A stretch of DNA of 64,000 nt from Cenococcum geophilum. Its lineage: Eukaryota. The position numbers were made by a program, and so were the translations under genes. The DNA lies in NCBI GenBank assembly GCA_050273025.1, contig CP158635.1, positions 2,728,001 to 2,792,000 on the forward strand, read 5' to 3'. Positions 51,601 through 64,000 of this stretch are shown here, piece by piece (position 1 is the first letter of the stretch; each line of letters opens with the position of its first letter). The notes under the pieces were generated by a model, which did no database searches, had not been told where the DNA came from, and was given only the letters and a program-made list of their open reading frames with translations.

Positions 51601-53716
51601 TAAAAAAGAAAAGGCTAAGTAAGCTAAATCCGCGAGCCTATATTGGCTACCTTATTAGCTATAACTCTACTAATATCTATAGGATCTAGATCCTATATAA
51701 AGGTATCGTCATCTCTACTAGGGACATTATCTTTAATAAAAAGATATTCTTTAACGGTAAGCGAACGGACATCTTAAAGGACCTATACGCTAAGTTAGAT
51801 ACGCTAATTAAGAAGATTTAACTACCTAATACCCAGACTAAGAATAAGGTCCTTCTAGAAGACAATAAAGAAGTATTTAAACCGCCAATTTAAAAGGAAG
51901 ACGATAACGTTAGTAAGCCAGTTTAAGCCTTTAATAAGTTAGTAGATCTTAAGCTTGCAAGAGCTCTTAAAGATATATACTATACACCACCTCTAATAAA
52001 AGAAGACGAAGAATCTCTATATGCCTTTTACGTTGAGTATCTTATAAAGTCAGATATATAAGGTACTAATTAAAACGTCGCTTATTAAGCAGAAGATGCG
52101 TTTAATACTTAGGGGGTGTCTAATAACTTAGTTAAAGACTTATTTAAGGAAGCCAGCGATAATAGGTTTAAAGACTTTATTACTAAAAGGATCACGTTAG
52201 CCTATTACGGCGCCTTCTTAGCAGAAAGGAAGTTTAACCTTAATAGTTAACTTAACGATAGTAAACTAAAATTAGGTAAAATACGCGATGTTAGATTATA
52301 TAGGAAGAACCTACCTCCGTTACCCTAGTTAATTTAGGACCTTAATACGTATCCTCTTTAAGATTAGTTCTAAGAGGCTTAATAAGCCTATCTCTAATCT
52401 CATTATTAAATGAGGTCGTTTTAAGAAATAGATAAGAAGTATGTAAAGGACAGTAGGTCCTTAGCTTAATATGGGTATTTATTTACAAGATAGATAAGTA
52501 TAGATTTCTCTAGAAATGCAAGGTACGCTTAGTAGTCTACGGAAATTAATAAGCCCCAGGAGACCTACCTATAAGAGCTACTATATTAGCTAGTATAACC
52601 TTCCAAACCCTTATAGCGATTACTATAAAATTCAACCTAAAGATAATATAGATAGATGCAGTTAATACGTTTATCTATTATAATCTTAACGAGGTTGTCT
52701 ATATAAAGCTACCGCTAGGGTTTAATAAAGAAAAGACAGATAAAGTACTACGCTTAAGAAAAGCCCTATACGGACTATAACGATTACCACTATTATAGCA
52801 AAAAAATCTCACGAGCTTATTAAATGAATTGGGTTTTAAAGAAGTATCCTAGGAGCTATATGTCATGCTAAAAAGTAAAATAGTAGTCTTCTTTTACGTT
52901 AACGATATTGTCTTCTGCTACTAAAAGATAGATAAGAAGAAAGCTTAAAAAGCAATTAAGGAGCTAAGCAAAGAATATTAGATAAGTACCCTTAGCGAGC
53001 TAAAATAGTTCCTAAGAATCTACGTACTACGCAATTATAGCTAGAGGCTCCTATAGCTATCCCAAGAAGCCTATATTAAGAAGATAGCTAACTAGTATAA
53101 GATAGATCTTAAAGGGCGTCTTTTGGACACTCCTATAGCAGAATCGGAACTCCTCCCTACTAATTACCGTATAATCTGTCTACCGCGTTCGTCCCCTAAT
53201 ATAGACCTATTAGTCCGTCCAATATCCCTACTAGCTTCTATAATGCTATATTAGAGAAAACTGGGTTTAGTACTCTATATAGCTACTACAACGCATTTAG
53301 ATATTACCTTTGTAGTATTACGGCTAGTAAGGTTTAATTAGGACCTAAGCTAAGAGCACTATTAAGCGGTAAATAGAGTTATTTAGTACCTATATAGCAT
53401 AAGGAGTAAAGCAATCTACTATAGAGGAGATAAGGAAGGAATAAACGGTAGAGGGAGAGATAAAGGAATACGCGATAAAGGACAAAACGATAGAGGAGAC
53501 GGTAAAAGTAAAGCGCAATTATTTATCTATACTAGCGACGCATTATTTACGGACAACTTTATTAACAGAAAGAGCTTATAAGGATATATTATAAAGCTAT
53601 TTAGGGGACCGATTGCCTGGAGAGCAAATAAGCAGGGTACTATTATAACGTCGAGTATAGAAGCCAAGTTATTAGCCCTATTATGGACAGTAAAGAAAGC
53701 TATCTTTATTAGTAGG

Positions 53717-56700
53717 TGTTACGAGATACCCCCGTAACACCTTACACACGTCCACCTGTTTCTACTAACTTAGCAATTAGAGACTAACCGCGAAATGGTA
53801 ATCTAATGGCAATCTGATGGCAATCTAACGGTAATCTACGGCATTCTGCTATATTCTGCCAAGTTCCACCAAATTTTACCAAGTTCTGCCAGGACTACGA
53901 CCTAAACCCTATTCTACCTATATATATATTGACTAAGTAACTAAGTTAACGATATATGCCCTTTCTTCCTATTTCCCTACCTTCTTTTCTTATACAACGT
54001 CTTAACTTTATTACGCAGTTTATATACATAGCTTAATAATACCTACTTCGCTATATATTATTACCGCTTATGCTCACTCCATAACACTACGTTGCGTTAA
54101 AAACTTATACTACCCTCTGAAAATGCAGAATGACCCTAAAGCCCCCACAACGGCCGACGCTATTATAGCCGTACTTTAAGAATAATTAGTAGGTATATAG
54201 AAGTCCTTTACAAACGCCCTTATATAGTACTAAGCTACTTTAACTTAACAGTAAGCTAAATAAGAAGCATAATAACAATAATTGATTGAAGCACTTTAAA
54301 AAGAAGTCCGCATCCTTAAAATGCCTATATTAAGGCCCTAAGACTAAACACTATCTCCGGAGATAAACACGCGAAACATAAGCCCCGAATTAGTAGTAGT
54401 TACTTACCCTATAGAGCCAACTACCGCACTAAAACGATCCGAGAAACTACTAGACCCCCTAGTATTTACTAGTAAATGATAAAAGCTTTGGTTATTTTTA
54501 AGCCGGCTTAAGAATAAGCTAACTAGTAATGCTAACCGCTACCTAACTAAAGCTAACCGACTCTATTACGCCCTAAGTTAACTAAGAGGAGACGTAGCTA
54601 ACCTTATTAAACCTCTTTAACTAAACTTAGTATAAAGCCTAGTTATACTTCTTAAAGCTATATACGGTAACCTAAACCACTAAGCTACTACTTAAAGAAA
54701 GATAAACCAAATAACTTAAGAAAAGAAAAGTTTCCTAGTATACTTCTCTGAATTTAACCGCTATATAAAGGAAATAGGCTAGAATGACTCCGCACTAATT
54801 AACAGCCTTATTAAATCCCTAAGCCCTAAATTAAAAACCTCCCTAATAGGCGTAGACCTCCTGGAAACTCTTAACGCCTACGCAAACGTTATTAATAAAC
54901 GGTATAACGATATACTACGCCTTATACTAAAGCCCGTTTATTAGTATAATATAATAACCCTATAAACGCCTACTAAGTTATTATCTTAACCTAAGCACCC
55001 CGACGCCATAGATATTAATACTAGGACCCTAGGATACGCCTTATTAGGGTCCTCTAAACGAGAATAATATATTAAGCTAGGCCTCTGCTTTAAATGTGGA
55101 AGCGGCTCCTACCTCTTAAATTACTGCTTTGTCCCTATGCCCCAAAACAATATATAAACGGCCAGCACTGGTAGCTGTTTACTATATTGATCTTCCGGTT
55201 ACCGTCCCCAATCTTCATTTAGTTCCAGCCCTATGTCTAGTAAGAACTACTTACGAGGACGAAGCTCTAACTAATGTCCTATAAGAATCCCGCCCTAATT
55301 ACCTCTAAAAGGAAGGTCCCGGAGCTAAGTCGCTCTCTAGGACGGCTTTGCTATAAGATCTTATTAAACGCATTTAACGTCACGAACTCTAACTCTTGGG
55401 ACCATAGCATAACTATTAACTGCTGCCTTTGGTAGAATAGTTAAAAGGCTAATGTTTAAATCCTAATTAATACAGGAGCTAGCGGCATAGGATTTATTAA
55501 CAGGATCTTTATATAAGATAATAGTTTTACCTTAACCCCCCTTAACCGGCATATTAATATATTTGGATTTAATGGCAAACGCACTATCTTAGGCCGTATT
55601 ACCTACGTAGTAGCCCTAAGACTTTAATACCTAAACTATAAAGAACTAATTAAGCTTTTTGTTACTACCCTAGGTTACCTAGTAATTTTTAAATAACCCT
55701 AGATGAAGCTATATAAGGTAACTATTAATTAAAATAACCTTAAGCTTTTATTTACCGCCTTCTGTTATAAGCAGAAGTGTTATATAACGCACCGCCTTAA
55801 CCCTAAACTGAAATCTAGGGAATCCGCTAAGATCCACTAGCCTAAGATTTCTACTAATGTCTACCCTACGCCTAAGGAATTCACTAGATTTCACTAACCT
55901 AGGAATTCCACCAAATTCCACCAGCGTAAGATTTCCACCAATATCTATTAAGGATCCGGGAATTCTACTAAACTCTATAAATTGGCCCTAAGCACTATAC
56001 TGCCTAAAGACAGGTAGAAGCTTAAGCTTACTACACGAAGATATTAGAAGGACTGGTATCTAACCATAAAAAGGATTTTTAAAGAACCCAAACCTAAATC
56101 TAATACTGACTCTGTACCTAATACCGAACCTAAACCTAAATAAGAAACTATGGACAATCCGAGCGAGCTTGGTACCCTAGATATCCGCATAATTGGAGCT
56201 ACTCTGTTAGCGTAACTTGCTAAGAAACCTGAATATACGATCTTTGCTATCACTATGGCTGATATTAAGAAGGCCTTAGCACCGAAGAAGCACACTGACC
56301 CTGCTATAAAGGTACTAGTAGAGTACTATAACCGCCTAGAGGCATTTTTATAAAAGGAAGTTGATAAGCTACCAGAACACCGATCGTACGACCATAAGAT
56401 TGTACTTAAAGAAGGAAAGCAGCCTAGATTTGGACCCTTATACAGGATGTCCTAAAACGAACTCTAAGTACTATAAAAGTATTTAGATAAGAACCTAAGT
56501 AAAGGATTTATTAGAGCAAGCTTATCGCCTATAGCCGCACTAGTGATCTTTGTTAAGAAACTTGGCGGCGGTCTGCGCTTCTATATAGACTACTGAGCTT
56601 TTAACGCCGTTACTATTAAGAACTAATATTTGATCCTGTTGATATAGGAGATACTAAACCGACTAAGTAAGGCTCGCTACTATATAAAGCTTGATATTAT

Positions 56701-59687
56701 CTCTGTATTTAACCGCCTCCGTATAGCAAAAGGAAATAAATGGCTTACTGCATTTCGTACTCGGTATGAACTATTTAAATACTTAGTGACGCTATTTGGC
56801 CTTACAAACGCTCCGAGCTTGTTTTAATATTATGTGAATAATACCCTGCGCCCCTACCTGGACATCTTCTGTACTGCTTATATTGACGATATTTTAATAT
56901 ATAGTAATAACCTGACCGAATATTGGAAATACGTTGATCTTGTCCTATAAGCCCTACACGGAGCTAGTCTATAATTGGATATAGATAAATGCGAGTTCTA
57001 TAAAACGGAAGTTCTATACCTTAGACTCCTTATTTTTATAAATGGTATACGAATGGACCTGAAGAAAGTTGAAGCAATTATAAACTGGTAAGAACTTAAG
57101 AATGTTAAGGACGTAAGAGCCTTTATAGGATTTGCTAATTTCTACTAATGGTTTATTAATAACTTCTCCGCCCTAGTTTTACCCCTTGTAGCTCTAACCT
57201 AAAAGGATAAAGTTTTTGTTTTTGATAAGGAATATAAGAAGGCCTTTGCCTATCTAAAGGTTATGTTTACTACTGTGCCCGTGCTTTAATACTTTAACCT
57301 AAACTAAATAAGTGTTGTAGAAGCCGACTTATCTGACTATGTTACTAGAGGCATTCTGTCTTAATATAACGAAGATGGAGTATTATACCCCGTAGTATAC
57401 TTCTTAAAACGACTAAGCCTAGCTGAATGTAACTACGAGATCTATAATAAGGAATTATTAGCCATTATTAGATGTTTTGAATAATAGCGACCCAAACTAG
57501 AAGGCACTGGATTTCTGATTAAGGTCCTTAGCGACTATAAGAACCTGCAGTACTTTATAACTACGAAATAGCTAAGTTACTATTAGGCCCGCTAGTTAGA
57601 ATATCTGTCTTGTTTCCGATTCTTAATTACGTACTACCTAGGCGTTTAAGGCTAGAAGCCTAATACTTTAACCCGACGCTTATAAGACGCGCTAGCCTTA
57701 AAAGAAGCGTGCTTTTACTGAAATTAGACTCTACTTCGCCCTAAACTATTTGACCCTCCTACTGAAGATTTTACGGTATACGTCTTTGAAATAACTGATT
57801 GATTGATTGAATAGATTATAGTTAATGAATACCCAAATGACGAGTTTATCTAAGAGACGCTTAAGCTAATGTAAGATGGCATTAAACGCTCTAAAAAGAT
57901 TTCTCTAAGTAAATATAAAGCCTGTGGAAACCGCTTGTATTACTAGAACCGTTTAGTTGTCCCTAATTATAATAAGCTTAAGCTTAAACTCCTTAAACAC
58001 GTATATAATCTACCTGTCGCTAGCTACCTGGGCTAAGGAAAGACCTTGGAACTACTCTAACGGGAGTATTATTGGCCGAATATGTATAATATAATATGAA
58101 GGTACGTCTCTAGCTGCTATACCTGCTGACGAGCTAAAGCCTTATATGAGATGTATAATGGTCTTTTAAAGCCGCTGCCTGTTTTAGACTGAAGATGGAG
58201 GGATATTTTAATTGACTTTGTTGTTGACCTTCCTAAGAGTAGAGGCTGTATAAATATTATGGTAGTTGTAGACCGACTATCTAAAATAAGATACTTAATC
58301 GCCTGCCTTAATATATTAACGCCTGCCGTTGCCTAACTATTTCTAGATTATATATGGAAACTCTACGGACTCCCTAAAACGATTATCTCCAATAGAGGTA
58401 GCTAGTTTATCTTAGTATTTTGGAAAGAACTAACTACTTAACTCTGTATTAAAGCACTATTGTCTACTACGTATTACCTAGAAATGGATAGCTAAATAGA
58501 ACGCGTAAATACTATAATAGAATAGTATATTTGGATATACACGTTATATTTGTAGGATGACTGGATTAACTAGCTCGCATTTACTGAGTTTACTATAAAT
58601 AACTTCGTCTCGGAAACTATGAAAGTTTCCCCATTCCTAGCCAATTACGGCTAGCACTTATAAATGGGTTTTAAACCCTTTAGTAATGTTCCTTACCCCG
58701 CTTATTACGCCTTATAAGTTATAGAAGTAAATAAATTTATAGAGAAGATGGAGGAACTATAATAGTTTCTTACTAATAAGATAATATGGGCTTAATCTGT
58801 TTATAAAGCCGCAGCGAATAAGAAATAAACCCTAGTACTGGTTTACTAAATTGGTAATTTCGTCTAGCTAGATATAAGAAATCTGAATACGAAACAACTT
58901 ATTAAGAAACTTAATTGGAAGAACGCTGGCCCTTATAAGGTTAAAAAGGTTATCTCTCCTTATACCTACTAATTGAAGCTCCCTAATACGGTTAAAATCT
59001 ACCCTATATTCTATACGTCAGTCCTCCGCCCTACTGCCCCCATATTAGATGCCCTGCCTAGATAGATATAAGACCCTCCCCTACTAGTTAAAGTGGATAG
59101 TGAGAATGAGTACTTTATTAAAAGAATTAATAATATTAAGTATAATAAACGGAAACGCTAATATATATATCTTATGAAATGGAGAGGCTTTACCGAGTCC
59201 TTATGGGAACCTGTTAACTTTGTAGGACTTATATAAGCCATAGAAGACTTTTATAAACTCTACCTAGAACTACTATAGCCCCATCTTGCAGAAGCTCGAG
59301 TTTAAGGGGGGGGGTACTGTTATAGGATACCCCTGTAACACCTTGTATATATTTACCTGTTTTTACCGACTTAGCAATTAGAGACTAACCGCGAAATAGT
59401 AATTTAACGGCAATTTAATGGTAATCTAATGGCAATTTACGGCATTTTGCTATATTCTGCCAAGTTTTACTAAATTTTGCTAAGTTCTGTTAGGACCACG
59501 ACCTAAACCCTATTCTGCCCATGTACGTGTTAACTAAGTAACTAAGTCAACGATATATGCCCTTTCTTCCCGTTTCCCTACCTTCTTTCCTTACGCAACG
59601 TCTTGACTTTATTACGCAGTTTATGTATATAGCTTAATAATACCTACTTCGCTATATATTATTACCGCTTATGCTTACTCTGTAATA
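53717..59687 (+). mobile_element. Full-length chromodomain Gypsy G2 (same family as G1)
   Basis: 370-bp LTRs at 53717-54086 and 59318-59687. TSD GTAGG at 53712-16 and 59688-92. [11 protein letters not shown] ~56876. Colinear with 30990-36955. Confidence 0.95.
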
Positions 59688-60874
59688 GTAGGCTGTTTAA
59701 AGTAATAACGTTATACCTAAATAAGCCCTTAATTATTAACTGCGATAATATCTAGACACTTTAACTAATTATAAAAGATATAGTAAAGCTAATTATAAAG
59801 CTCTAATATATTAACATCTATTAATACTAGTTACGTTAAGAATACGTAATAAGACGAGTGCTATTATAATAGAAAGCGATAAAGGAAATAATTGCTAATA
59901 GACTTATAAAGGCCCTGCCTAAGTAGAGGTTTAAGAGCTTTATTAATATAATCGAAATAGTAGATATTAAGGAGCGGCTAAATAAGGAGAAGCAACTAGA
60001 GAACCTAAGGGAGAAGGTTAGGGCGAGAAGGAAGGATTTAGATAAGATTACGGTTTAATTAACGCATAGACGGATATAAGAAGGTAGCTAGCTTCGTCCT
60101 CAACTAGGTTAAAGCTAAGGGGGTATATTAGATAATCTGTATTCTTAGTGGCGTAGGATATACACTAGTTAGGTATATGGGTCACGTATATTATAAATAT
60201 CTTTGTTTAAGCCTAAGGGCCCTAAGTTAAGACACAATTAAGATCATTAATTAATTAACCTATTTTATTAATAAATAGCTCTATATAAGTTATCTAATAA
60301 GAGGCTTCCCCTTTAACGCCTAAAGTAGATAGCTCTACATTTTATATAGTTATAATATAAATATATTTAAAAGTATATTATAGAAATCTATAGGAATATA
60401 TAATAATTTGGTTATTATATAATATAATTATAATTTATATAGTTACAATTTATATAGTTACAATTTGTATAGTTTTTACAATTTATATAGTTTTTACAAT
60501 TTATATAGTTTTTACAATTTGTACAGTTTTTACAATTCGTACAGTTTGTATAATTTGTACAGTTTGCGCACTATTTATTTATAGGGTAGCGTTTTACCGC
60601 AATTTACTATTAGATGCTGCAAACTTGTTATAAAACGCGTAAATTGCTATTAGGGTGCTGCAAACTTGTTATAAAATATGCGTTTTACGCAAATTGCTAT
60701 CAACTATATACATCTACCGCGATTGTACGGTTTGCGGCAATTTGCCGCAAACCGCAACAACGACCCCAAAAAAAATTTCCTAATAGGGTATTATCCCTTA
60801 ATACGCCAATTCGCGTCCTTAAGTTATCGATAAGGATAATTAATTAGATTAGCTAAATTTAGTGCTCGTACCTA

Positions 60875-61235
60875 GGAATATAAAGCTATTATATATATTT
60901 AAATCCTTTTAGTAATCTTTAATAGCTAGCTTTATAGTAATTTCTATATAAATAAGTACTCTAAAATACGCGTAGAGTTCCTGCCTATATATTAGCTACT
61001 ATATATATAGGTATTTTACTTCCTTATCTAGCGGATAGAGCTCCGCGTACTTATTTATCTACTCTATAAGCTTATCTATAATCTCTTCCGTAAAAGACAG
61101 TTTAAATAACTTAAAAAGTTTATATATATTAACGTTAGAAGGGAGGTTTAGTAAGCTATAGTTGTCCTAATCGCCAATATAGAGAGGTCTAAATTTGGGC
61201 AATAGCTAGGGTTTAGGAGGAGCTGTTTTCGCCAT
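60875..61235 (-). pseudogene. PiggyBac-like transposase N-terminal remnant
   Basis: Minus strand reads LFKLSFTEEIIDKLIE*INKYAE..RQELYAYFRVLIYIEIT..IKDY*, resembling the LFFT..TN.YA..EL.AY.G.LI.MG..I.DYW block of PiggyBac transposases. Confidence 0.7.
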
Positions 61236-61774
61236 CTTATTTAGGGAAACGTTATACCAAGTCTTCTAAATAAGGTTTATATCCATTCTAGCACAATTAG
61301 AAGGCATAGTAGCGGTATAATTAATAATTAAATTCTATATAGATATACGCGTTATTTTAAAAACGGTATTTTAAACGGACTATTTACTCTAAAGACTCTA
61401 ACGTGTTAAGGGAAGGCAGTTTAAGGATGCTATAGTATATAGACTTACTATAGATTAAGCTATATATCTTCCTTAAAGGCCTAATCTCTACATATAGTGT
61501 CGGCCTAGTTAATAGTATTTACTTAAGGCTATATAAATTTTTCTATAATAATACTAATCTCTTTTATAAAGGTATTAGAGGTAAGTTTTTAGGCTAGGTA
61601 AGCCGTCTATCTTATATATTAAGCTATAGGCCGAAATACACTAGCTACTTCCTTTTTAAAATTATATTATAGCTTTTAAGGTCTATAATAAGAAAGGGGA
61701 CATTATATTACCTTTATTTATTAATATAGAGGTAGATATATAAAATAGTCGGAAGGGAGACGCGTAAGAGGTTA

Positions 61775-62605
61775 GCAAAGACAGCAAGACAGAGAAAGGA
61801 GCCAAAGTAAAACACACAAGAACGCCGGGAAACCATCTACCGCAATGCAATACTGGTTGGACTAACGCTGGAGAGGCGAATAGGAGTCGAAGGTACAGAG
61901 GCTAACTCAGGTAAGACAAACCCAAGCCATAGCATGGTTAACGCCATGGGGGGTAAATACCTAAGAGCTCTAAGAAGGCCTAATAAAGGCAGAAAATATA
62001 ATAGCAACACTCTTAAGAACAGGAATAATAGGACTAAAAGATTGGCTTTACTGGGTGGGTATCCTAGTAAGTAGCCTAAGATGCGAATATAGCTGGCCAA
62101 GACAGACACCAAAACACGTAATACTGCTATGCCCCCTACGCACCAATTAAGAAATAATACTCTTAGTAGCTGGCACAGAGAACTATAATACACTACTCTT
62201 AACACAAAAAGGCCTTAAGGCGGTTACCTAGTGGCTTATTAGTTAAAATGTGCTAAATCAGTTCCGGGTTACAAGGGAAATGGTAATAAAAGGCAAGGGG
62301 GCGAGCAGCAGGTGCCCCCTAGTAACTCTACAGTAGTAGAGTAATAGTTTATAATACTAGCGCGTCCGTAGGCTTGTTACAGCAGCAGTGGTTCCTAAAG
62401 AGGTCAAACAGTAAGGTAGTAGAGCACCATAGGCGACTTACAGGCGCTAAGTAGGCGAGTCCTAAAAGGCGGGGAGATGGATTATGGGGTTTTCTTATTT
62501 TTCTTAAATAGAGTTTTCTCCCTATATATAAATAAGGAGTAGTCTACATAGGCCCAATAGGGATCCGAATCGGACGTTAAGCAATAAATTATTATTATTA
62601 TTATA
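61775..62605 (+). mobile_element. Tad1-like LINE, 3' fragment (ORF2 C-terminus, 3' UTR, tail)
   Basis: Plus frame reads ATLLRTGIIGLKDWLYWVGI..RCEYSWPRQTPKHVILLCP (CCHC finger with one Cys RIPed). Ends in AATAAA plus (ATT)n at ~62583-62604. Confidence 0.8.
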
Positions 62606-63136
62606 TAAAATAGTCCTAATAGGCTCCCCTATTTATCCATTATACCTATAAATTAAAATTAGTTTATATAGTTCTTCTAGAGGCGTATTAAAAAAAGGTA
62701 GTAAGTTTTATAACGTACTTAGTATTAATTAAGGTAAAGGTATTTACCCCTAAGTTAGCTAAAGTAATAGTTAAAACTTAATATCTATTACGGAATAAAG
62801 TATAAGGGATAATATAGCTCTTACTACTAATTAGCCGGCCTAGATTAATATACAATATATTAATCCCTTTTAACCCTAAAGAGGAGTCTTCCCCTAGGGT
62901 TTATCTTTTTCTATATAGCCCTATTTAGCGGCATTCTGGCACTAGTACTTTACACCTTATTTACTATATCTTACTATTATAGTATATATAACTTAAAGGG
63001 GCTATATACATCCTTACTTTCGCACTCCTACTCCTTTAGCGCACCCCTAGCCTACGCCTATCCCTTTTAATAAGCCCTACTATTTTACTAAGCTTTATAC
63101 TAGACTAACTATATAAGCTCTTAATTTAAAATCTAC

Positions 63137-64000
63137 TGTCGGGAATAAGGCAATCGGTCGTCACGTGTCGCCGCGGCACTAGCGTAGCAAGAAGTCTTAA
63201 GCTCCTCGCCTTTCCTTATTCCAAAAACAAGCTTTATTAACTAATATCACTATAACCTACTTAAGTAGTCGTTATTGGTAAGTTACCCTATATGACTAAC
63301 ACTAATTAGTAGTTAAATACATAGTCAATTATAGAGCAGCTAGGTTTTTAAATAGAAGAGACAGTCTTATATAGGGGTGCTATATGCGCTTATATAGAAT
63401 AGATCCCGGCAATACTGTATTACCTTAAACTTGCGGAAAACTAGTAACAAAAGTGTTACTAAGTACTAGGAGATACTAAGTTGCGTCTATTATATAGAAC
63501 AACCGCGTTTACAAAGATTTGGTTAAGTACTTTAGGTCAGAAGTGTTACTAAACCTAGGGTCCTAAGTTAATGTCTAAAACGCGTTAAAACAACTATCTA
63601 AATACCTTTAGTGTACCTTCGCAGACTATAGGATTACGATTACTGCCTAACTACATATTAAACAACCTTTATTTTCCTTAATTTTTTATTAAAACGCATT
63701 AAATAATCTTTAATAATAGCTATTATGGCGTTAACCTACCTGAAGAAGTACGAGGACAATATTAACCTAGAGATATAGAACACTAATATAACTAACCTTA
63801 AAGATGTTAATTAGTAAGACTTAAACGGATTCTTATTATACCGTATAGCATACTATAAAGATAGCGAATATAATAATACTATGCTATAGTACTATATAAA
63901 GGAGGACTTTATTAGATGGATAAAGGAAATATAGGCTCTCGCGAATAAGGATATCATACGGGACTTCCGTAACTTCCTTTGGGAGAATAGAGTATTTATC
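63137..64000 (+). mobile_element. Second copy of LTR element D (5' LTR 63137-63301, gag-like ORF from 63725), runs off the window
   Basis: Reverse complement of 37347-36956 joined directly to 30984-30540. Carries the empty G1 insertion site (single GTTAA at 63522-26). Confidence 0.9.

Larger units (their letters stand above)
45442..60299 (+). mobile_element. Ty1/Copia element; 5' LTR truncated by the Crypton, RNaseH interrupted by Gypsy G2
   Basis: 5' LTR fragment 45442-45518 matches the start of the 3' LTR 60126-60299. TSD AGAGG at 45437-41 and 60300-04. Gag from ATG 49200. Domain order is PR (ILNLGTTLYIFN ~50404), IN (TAERLGG ~51345), RT (YVNDI ~52895), RNaseH (SDALF ~53535, continuing 59693-59950). 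Confidence 0.92.
43525..60785 (+). mobile_element. Non-autonomous TIR DNA element B (same family as A), expanded by nested Copia, Gypsy and Crypton
   Basis: CATTAGGATTTTTTTTGG ... CCAAAAAAAATTTCCTAAT(A). Flanked by GG at 43523-24 and 60786-87. 44720-45441 joined to 60305-60600 is colinear with 17350-18440 of A. Confidence 0.82.
1..64000. other. RIP-mutated, TE-dense fungal heterochromatin block
   Basis: Pervasive TpA excess and CpA/TpG depletion. Paired repeats differ mostly by C>T/G>A (LTR starts TGT vs TAT, ends CA vs TA). Retroelement ORFs are broken at Gln and Trp codons. Confidence 0.95.

Noticed and set aside
61965..62000. Possible RIPed hammerhead ribozyme core (CTAAGAA..GCCT/AGGC..GAAA), or NUMT origin of this low-RIP island
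   Set aside because: The core is imperfect and the segment is explained as in-frame LINE ORF2 coding sequence.
61837..62205. 122-aa hydrophobic minus-strand ORF
   Set aside because: Antisense of the LINE ORF2 remnant.
1..64000. Naming the species or assigning published family names to the LTR elements
   Set aside because: Cannot be supported without a database search.

Overview
This window is fungal (ascomycete-type) transposon heterochromatin. It is strongly TpA-rich and most ORFs are broken by CAA>TAA, CAG>TAG and TGG>TAG/TAA changes, the signature of repeat-induced point mutation (RIP). I found no ordinary host gene. Most of the window resolves into nested insertions, usually with matching target-site duplications (TSDs). 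Block 1 is a chromodomain Gypsy inserted into another copy of itself (3875-12796). Block 2 is a minus-strand Gypsy (14715-39472) carrying two TIR elements, two gag-only short LTR elements and another Gypsy. Block 3 is a TIR element (43525-60785) containing a Copia, which in turn contains a Gypsy and a Crypton. Also present are a pogo-type MITE, a PiggyBac remnant and a Tad1-like LINE 3' end. Four things stand out. (a) A nearly intact CryptonF-like tyrosine recombinase gene (46075-48614, one intron, full catalytic set, GCR1_C-like tail, only two stops) has replaced part of the Copia 5' LTR. (b) Non-autonomous TIR elements with CAT termini and 2-bp TSDs, from two different end types, carry the same ordered satellite cassette three times. 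(c) Two Gypsy families hold antisense Cys-rich ORFs in their 3' regions. (d) Two gag-only LTR families share a QAP-repeat protein but have unrelated LTRs. All coordinates and protein calls were read by eye and no database search was run.
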